This document shows positions 60,077 through 64,000 of a stretch of 64,000 nucleotides of DNA, piece after piece (position 1 is the first letter of the stretch; each line of letters opens with the position of its first letter). The position numbers and the translations under genes were made by a program. Where the stretch lies: NCBI GenBank assembly GCA_965214605.1, contig OZ243961.1, positions 1,792,001-1,856,000 of the forward strand, given 5' to 3'. This DNA comes from an uncultured Candidatus Binatia bacterium (GTDB lineage: Bacteria > Desulfobacterota > Binatia > Bin18). The notes below the pieces were generated by a model that was not told the DNA's origin, ran no database searches, and saw only the letters and a list, made by a program, of their open reading frames with translations.

Positions 60077-60763
60077 ATGGCTGAAACGCGTATCTATTTT
60101 AAGCAGATCGAAATTGGACCGATGCAAAACTTCTCCTATATTATTGGCGATCCACAGACCCGGGAGGCGCTAGTGATTGACGCGGCGTGGGACATTCCGG
60201 CTCTGGTCGATGTTGCCCAACAGGACGGCTATACGATCGGCAAAGCCCTGGTCACCCACTATCATCAGGACCATCTGGGCGGCGAGTTTTCCGGCCACCA
60301 TATTCAAGGGGCGGCCGAGCTGCTGGAGCAGGTCAAGGCCAAAGTGTATATTCATAAGGCGGAGGCCGAGTTCCTGCACCGGATCGCTGGGCTGTCTGAC
60401 TCGGACCTGGTCAAGGTGGAGGGCGGCGATACCACCCTCGTCGGCAACATAGAGGTGAAGTTCCTTCACACCCCAGGCCACACTCCTGGCTCACAGTGTT
60501 TTTTGATTGGCCACAGTCTGGTGGCCGGGGATACCTTGTTTATTAACTCGTGCGGTCGGATTGATCTGCCCGGCAGCAGCCCAGAAGACATGTACTACAG
60601 CTTGCGGACGCTGTCGAAACTTGTCGACGAGACCAGGCTGTTTCCCGGCCACAACTATAGCGGTCAGCCGTCTGACACGCTGGGCAACCAGAAAAAGCAC
60701 AATATGTATCTGCACCTCACCACCCGCAGCCTTCAGGAATTTCTGTCCACCATGGGATATTGA
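60077..60763 (+). CDS. MBL-fold hydrolase (glyoxalase II-like)
   Basis: 'THYHQDH', 'TPGHTPG', 'GDTLF', 'PGH'. Confidence 0.9.
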   Translation: MAETRIYFKQIEIGPMQNFSYIIGDPQTREALVIDAAWDIPALVDVAQQDGYTIGKALVTHYHQDHLGGEFSGHHIQGAAELLEQVKAKVYIHKAEAEFLHRIAGLSDSDLVKVEGGDTTLVGNIEVKFLHTPGHTPGSQCFLIGHSLVAGDTLFINSCGRIDLPGSSPEDMYYSLRTLSKLVDETRLFPGHNYSGQPSDTLGNQKKHNMYLHLTTRSLQEFLSTMGY

Positions 60764-60765
60764 GC

Positions 60766-61824
60766 ATGTCGGTCCACAAGAAACGCGGGAATTTTCTCGA
60801 AGACTTCCAGGCTGGACAACACTTTCGCCATAAGGTTGGTAAGACGCTCACCGAGGGCTTGTTTAACGCCTTCACCGAGTTTGGTATGACCACCAACCCC
60901 CTGTCCAAAAATCTGCGCTACGCTCAACGCTACGGCTATCGCGGCTTGGTCGCTCCGCCAGGTTTGGTCATGAACATTGTCTTCAGCCAGAGCGTTGAGG
61001 ATATTTCCGAGAACGCTCGGGCGAATCTCGAGTATCAGAACATACGCTTTGGCGTCCCCGTCTATATTGGTGATACGATTGAGGTAGAGACCCGCATCAT
61101 CGGCCTCAACCCCTCCTCGCGTGACCCGGACCGTGGGGTTGTTCACGTGCAAACCACCGGCCGCAATCAACACGATGCAGTCGTACTGACCCTGCGGCGC
61201 AAGGTTCAGGTCTGGAAAGACAAAAGCGACGCTCCGGTCAAGGCCGGTGAAATGGCAGCTATTCCCGAAATTCGGTGCGAACTCGACGTGCCGGCCTATG
61301 ACACGGGTCGGGATTATCCCAGCCTGGCGTATCTGAGCAATGCCGATACCTATTTTGAAGATCTGGCTCCCGGTCAGACCATTGAGCACTCCCGCGGCCG
61401 GACCGTAACCGCCAGCCACATGGAACTCACCGCCATGCTCGACAACACCTCTCAGGTCCACACCAATCAGTCCCTGATCGACCAAAATCCGACCAAATAT
61501 ATCGGTGGACAGCTGATCGTGTACGGCGGCCTGGTGTTTAATCTGTGTTTGGGTCTGTCCTGCCCGGATGTGGGTGACAATGCCGTTGGCGATATCGTCT
61601 ATGTCACCGGTCGTCACACTGGCCCGGTTTTTGTCGGCGATACAGTTTTTGCCTCTACCGAGATCAGCGGCCAGCGTGACTATCCCGGCCGGCCCGACCT
61701 AGGTATTGTGACAACGCTTCTACGCGGCCATAAGTTCGTGGAAAAAGACAGCAGCTGGGATCGGCACGAAGTATTCTACCTAGAGCGCGAGATGGCGGTC
61801 AAACGGCGCAGCCATTACGCCTGA
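60766..61824 (+). CDS. Double-MaoC (hot-dog) dehydratase, mesaconyl-CoA-hydratase-like
   Basis: Two MaoC repeats: 'GNFLEDF..GQ', 'QSVEDIS.NA.ANL.Y', 'YFEDL..G..I.H..G.TV'. Confidence 0.82.
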   Translation: MSVHKKRGNFLEDFQAGQHFRHKVGKTLTEGLFNAFTEFGMTTNPLSKNLRYAQRYGYRGLVAPPGLVMNIVFSQSVEDISENARANLEYQNIRFGVPVYIGDTIEVETRIIGLNPSSRDPDRGVVHVQTTGRNQHDAVVLTLRRKVQVWKDKSDAPVKAGEMAAIPEIRCELDVPAYDTGRDYPSLAYLSNADTYFEDLAPGQTIEHSRGRTVTASHMELTAMLDNTSQVHTNQSLIDQNPTKYIGGQLIVYGGLVFNLCLGLSCPDVGDNAVGDIVYVTGRHTGPVFVGDTVFASTEISGQRDYPGRPDLGIVTTLLRGHKFVEKDSSWDRHEVFYLEREMAVKRRSHYA

Positions 61825-63088
61825 AGGAGACGCCAAAACCCGAGGCTCCCCCCATAGACCGTACCGGCACCTCCTACAGACCGGGGAAGGTGTTGCCGTT
61901 GCTGGTGTGACGGCCCCGTCCCGCTGGCAACGATCGGCGGCGGCTCTTTGTCAAACCGATTGTTGAAGCCAACGCAGATTCTGGGGCGCCCGTTGTAGCT
62001 CCAGATCGCCACCAAGGCACAATACGGCATCGGTATTGATCTGACGGCCAGGTCTCCGTAGCCACTGATGTCGCGTTGCTGAAGACTCGACCGCAGCTCT
62101 CAAGGCGTCGGCTCAAGTCAGGCACAGGTTATTGCGAATCTTCGGGATCGGCGAGCCACAGGGGGGTGCGCCCTACTTGCCGGCACAGCCGACCTTGCGC
62201 GTCCCACGTAACTCCTGCCGGTCCTCAGATGGAGGTTCGGCTGCCATAGAGATAGTTGTGATGAAGAGCCAGCGAGTGAGTGACGTGGTCGGACTAGAGC
62301 GATCACGCACTCCTCAAAGCTGCCCCCTGCGGCGGTCCTACCGCTTGTGATAGAATCGCCGCAGGGGTTAGTGTTCATAGCGCATACACTAAAGCTCTGC
62401 GGCAGGAACTTTTCGTGCACATTTTCAGTCCGCGAACCACCCGCTGGAAGCTGATCCACAGCCTGATATCGGGCGTGCCCGCCTGGCCGGCGCGGCCGCC
62501 ATGGGTGCAGATCGCCCAGAATCTGGCTGATATCCTCGGTACTCCGAGATGAGCAGGTTGGTATGCGAATAGCGGTCGCATCAGCACCAGAGGGCACGAC
62601 AACCTCATGTGGTAGAGGTCCAGGGTGGTGCTTCCGCCGGCCTGACCGGCGGTGAACACCGAGAAAGCGGATCACCTCTTCCAGTCAGACGATTCCTGGT
62701 GCATCACTTCATCGGCGTCAATGCCGACAAGCGGGCTGGTATCGACCTGAGTCGGCAGTCTGCTGGAGACGCACGACCAAGGCTTCTCCACTTGCCGCTG
62801 CTCTTCGCCGGCCCCGTGTTCGGTTTTCGACTCCTTGGCGTCTGCCAGCGCTGTTGCAAGAGCTGACAATTTGGTCCTACATACGGGATAAGCTTTTTTC
62901 AACATAGGTCTTCCTTACCTGGTGACAAACAGTGTCAAGAGCCCTCAGAGGGCTTTAGTAAACAGAGAGCAGTCTGGAAAACTCGGGGAAAGGGCCGCTC
63001 AGTCTCGTAGCCCTTTCTTTTTCCAACCCGAGAATGCTAGACGAAGAGAGTAGTCTGTACTCACCCGAACACAAAGGAGGGAAGATTC

Positions 63089-63574
63089 ATGGCAGAAGAT
63101 CTCGAAGCCCGCATCCAAGCGCTGGAAGCCCAGGTGCGGATATTGCAGGACCGCGAAGCGGTTCGGGGGCTGCGCCATCGCTATCACGAGTGCATCAACG
63201 AAGGGAAGCTGGCCGAGATTCCCTCCCTGTTTACCGAAGATGGCGATCTGGATTTCGGCTATCTGGGCAAAGCGCGGGGCCAGGAGGAACTCACCCGGTT
63301 CTTTAGCGGCGTCTCACAGCTCTTGTCGTTTGTCAAGCAGTTTATCCACAACCATGCCGTTGAGCTTGAAGGGGACGCCGGTACCGGGTTGAGCTACCTT
63401 GAAGCCAAGACTATTTCCAAAGGTGAGCCCTACCTGGTAGCCGCCCGTTATAGTGACGAGTACGCCAAGGAGAACGGCCAGTGGAAGTTCAAAAAGATGC
63501 ATCTGACTCCCTATTTTACTGTGCCACTGAAAGAGGGATGGGCACAGGAAGATCGGCTCAAAATGGGGCGTTAG
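63089..63574 (+). CDS. NTF2-like / SnoaL_4 protein
   Basis: 'LQDREAV..L..RY', 'LFTEDG', 'Y.DEY.K.NG.WKF'; AGGAGG RBS. Confidence 0.85.
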   Translation: MAEDLEARIQALEAQVRILQDREAVRGLRHRYHECINEGKLAEIPSLFTEDGDLDFGYLGKARGQEELTRFFSGVSQLLSFVKQFIHNHAVELEGDAGTGLSYLEAKTISKGEPYLVAARYSDEYAKENGQWKFKKMHLTPYFTVPLKEGWAQEDRLKMGR

Positions 63575-63599
63575 GCAAACGCTCTCAATGAGGAGGAAA

Positions 63600-64000
63600 A
63601 TGCTGGCCTCTAACAACTGAACCTTGATCAGGTTGCCATAGCGGCCACCGGCTCTCAGGGCCCGGAAGGCGTGGCTATCGACCGCCAGGACAATGTCTAC
63701 GCGGGCGGGGCAGACGGAGCTATTCGTCAGTTCGCTCTGGACAGCACGGTGACTGAGCAGGACAGCCGTCCTGTGGGCATAGCCCTGGATCGCAACGGCA
63801 ATCTGTTCATGAGTGCTCCCAGACGGGACAGTCAACCTGTTTACCGATCAGGTCGGCAGCGTAAAACTGGCCCGGCCGAACTTTCCGGTCTTTGACGCCA
63901 AGGGGAATCTATGCATCGCAAACTCCAGCGCCATCAGGATTAGCGATTTTGACAGGGTGACGGTCAAGCTGCACAATCCGTTCCCCACAGGCAGCTTGGT
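63600..64000 (+). pseudogene. SMP-30/gluconolactonase (strictosidine-synthase-like) remnant
   Basis: 'GPEGVAID...NVYAG', 'RPVGIALD..GNL'; early stop after the RBS-linked ATG, and frameshifts. Confidence 0.6.

Noticed and set aside
61830-62950. Specific gene or RNA call for this 1.1-kb gap
   Set aside because: It looks like degraded coding sequence, but I could not recognise any family or RNA structure

Overview
GC-rich bacterial chromosome segment. Two metabolic backbone blocks (~1.2-9.9 kb and ~39.7-64 kb) flank a ~30 kb, mostly decayed defence/mobile region (~9.9-39.7 kb). The backbone carries several LLM/luciferase-like oxidoreductases, SDRs, TenA, hydantoinase A, RidA, an HldC-GmhA fusion, RecQ, NnrU, LhgO, FolK, PckG, a PduO-type adenosyltransferase and a double-MaoC dehydratase. 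The decayed region holds a FitAB toxin-antitoxin pair, pseudogenes of HsdM, a DGQHR protein, a GHKL ATPase, Vsr, a UvrD-nuclease and a C5-methylase, an intact AlbA_2/HATPase gene, and an intact BREX-3-type methylase followed by a PglZ/HsdR deletion scar. It also holds a tyrosine integrase split cleanly by an IS110 element (AAAC core), an intact small-protein/SDH-ClpP-fold protease pair, a REase-integrase chimera and IS630/ISAs1 remnants. A 245-bp inverted copy of the 3' end of the LLM gene at 8784-9854 lies at 33.6-33.9 kb. Beyond it are a four-gene ATGA-coupled operon (XRE HTH - ParB-like - QxAxG nuclease-like - DNA methylase), the best candidate for an undescribed defence system, and convergent Kiwa-like remnants. 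The backbone also contains heavily eroded pseudogenes (eutBC, an LLM, a retropepsin-like protease, SMP-30), suggesting ongoing genome decay. All calls rest on motif recognition by eye; no database searches were run.
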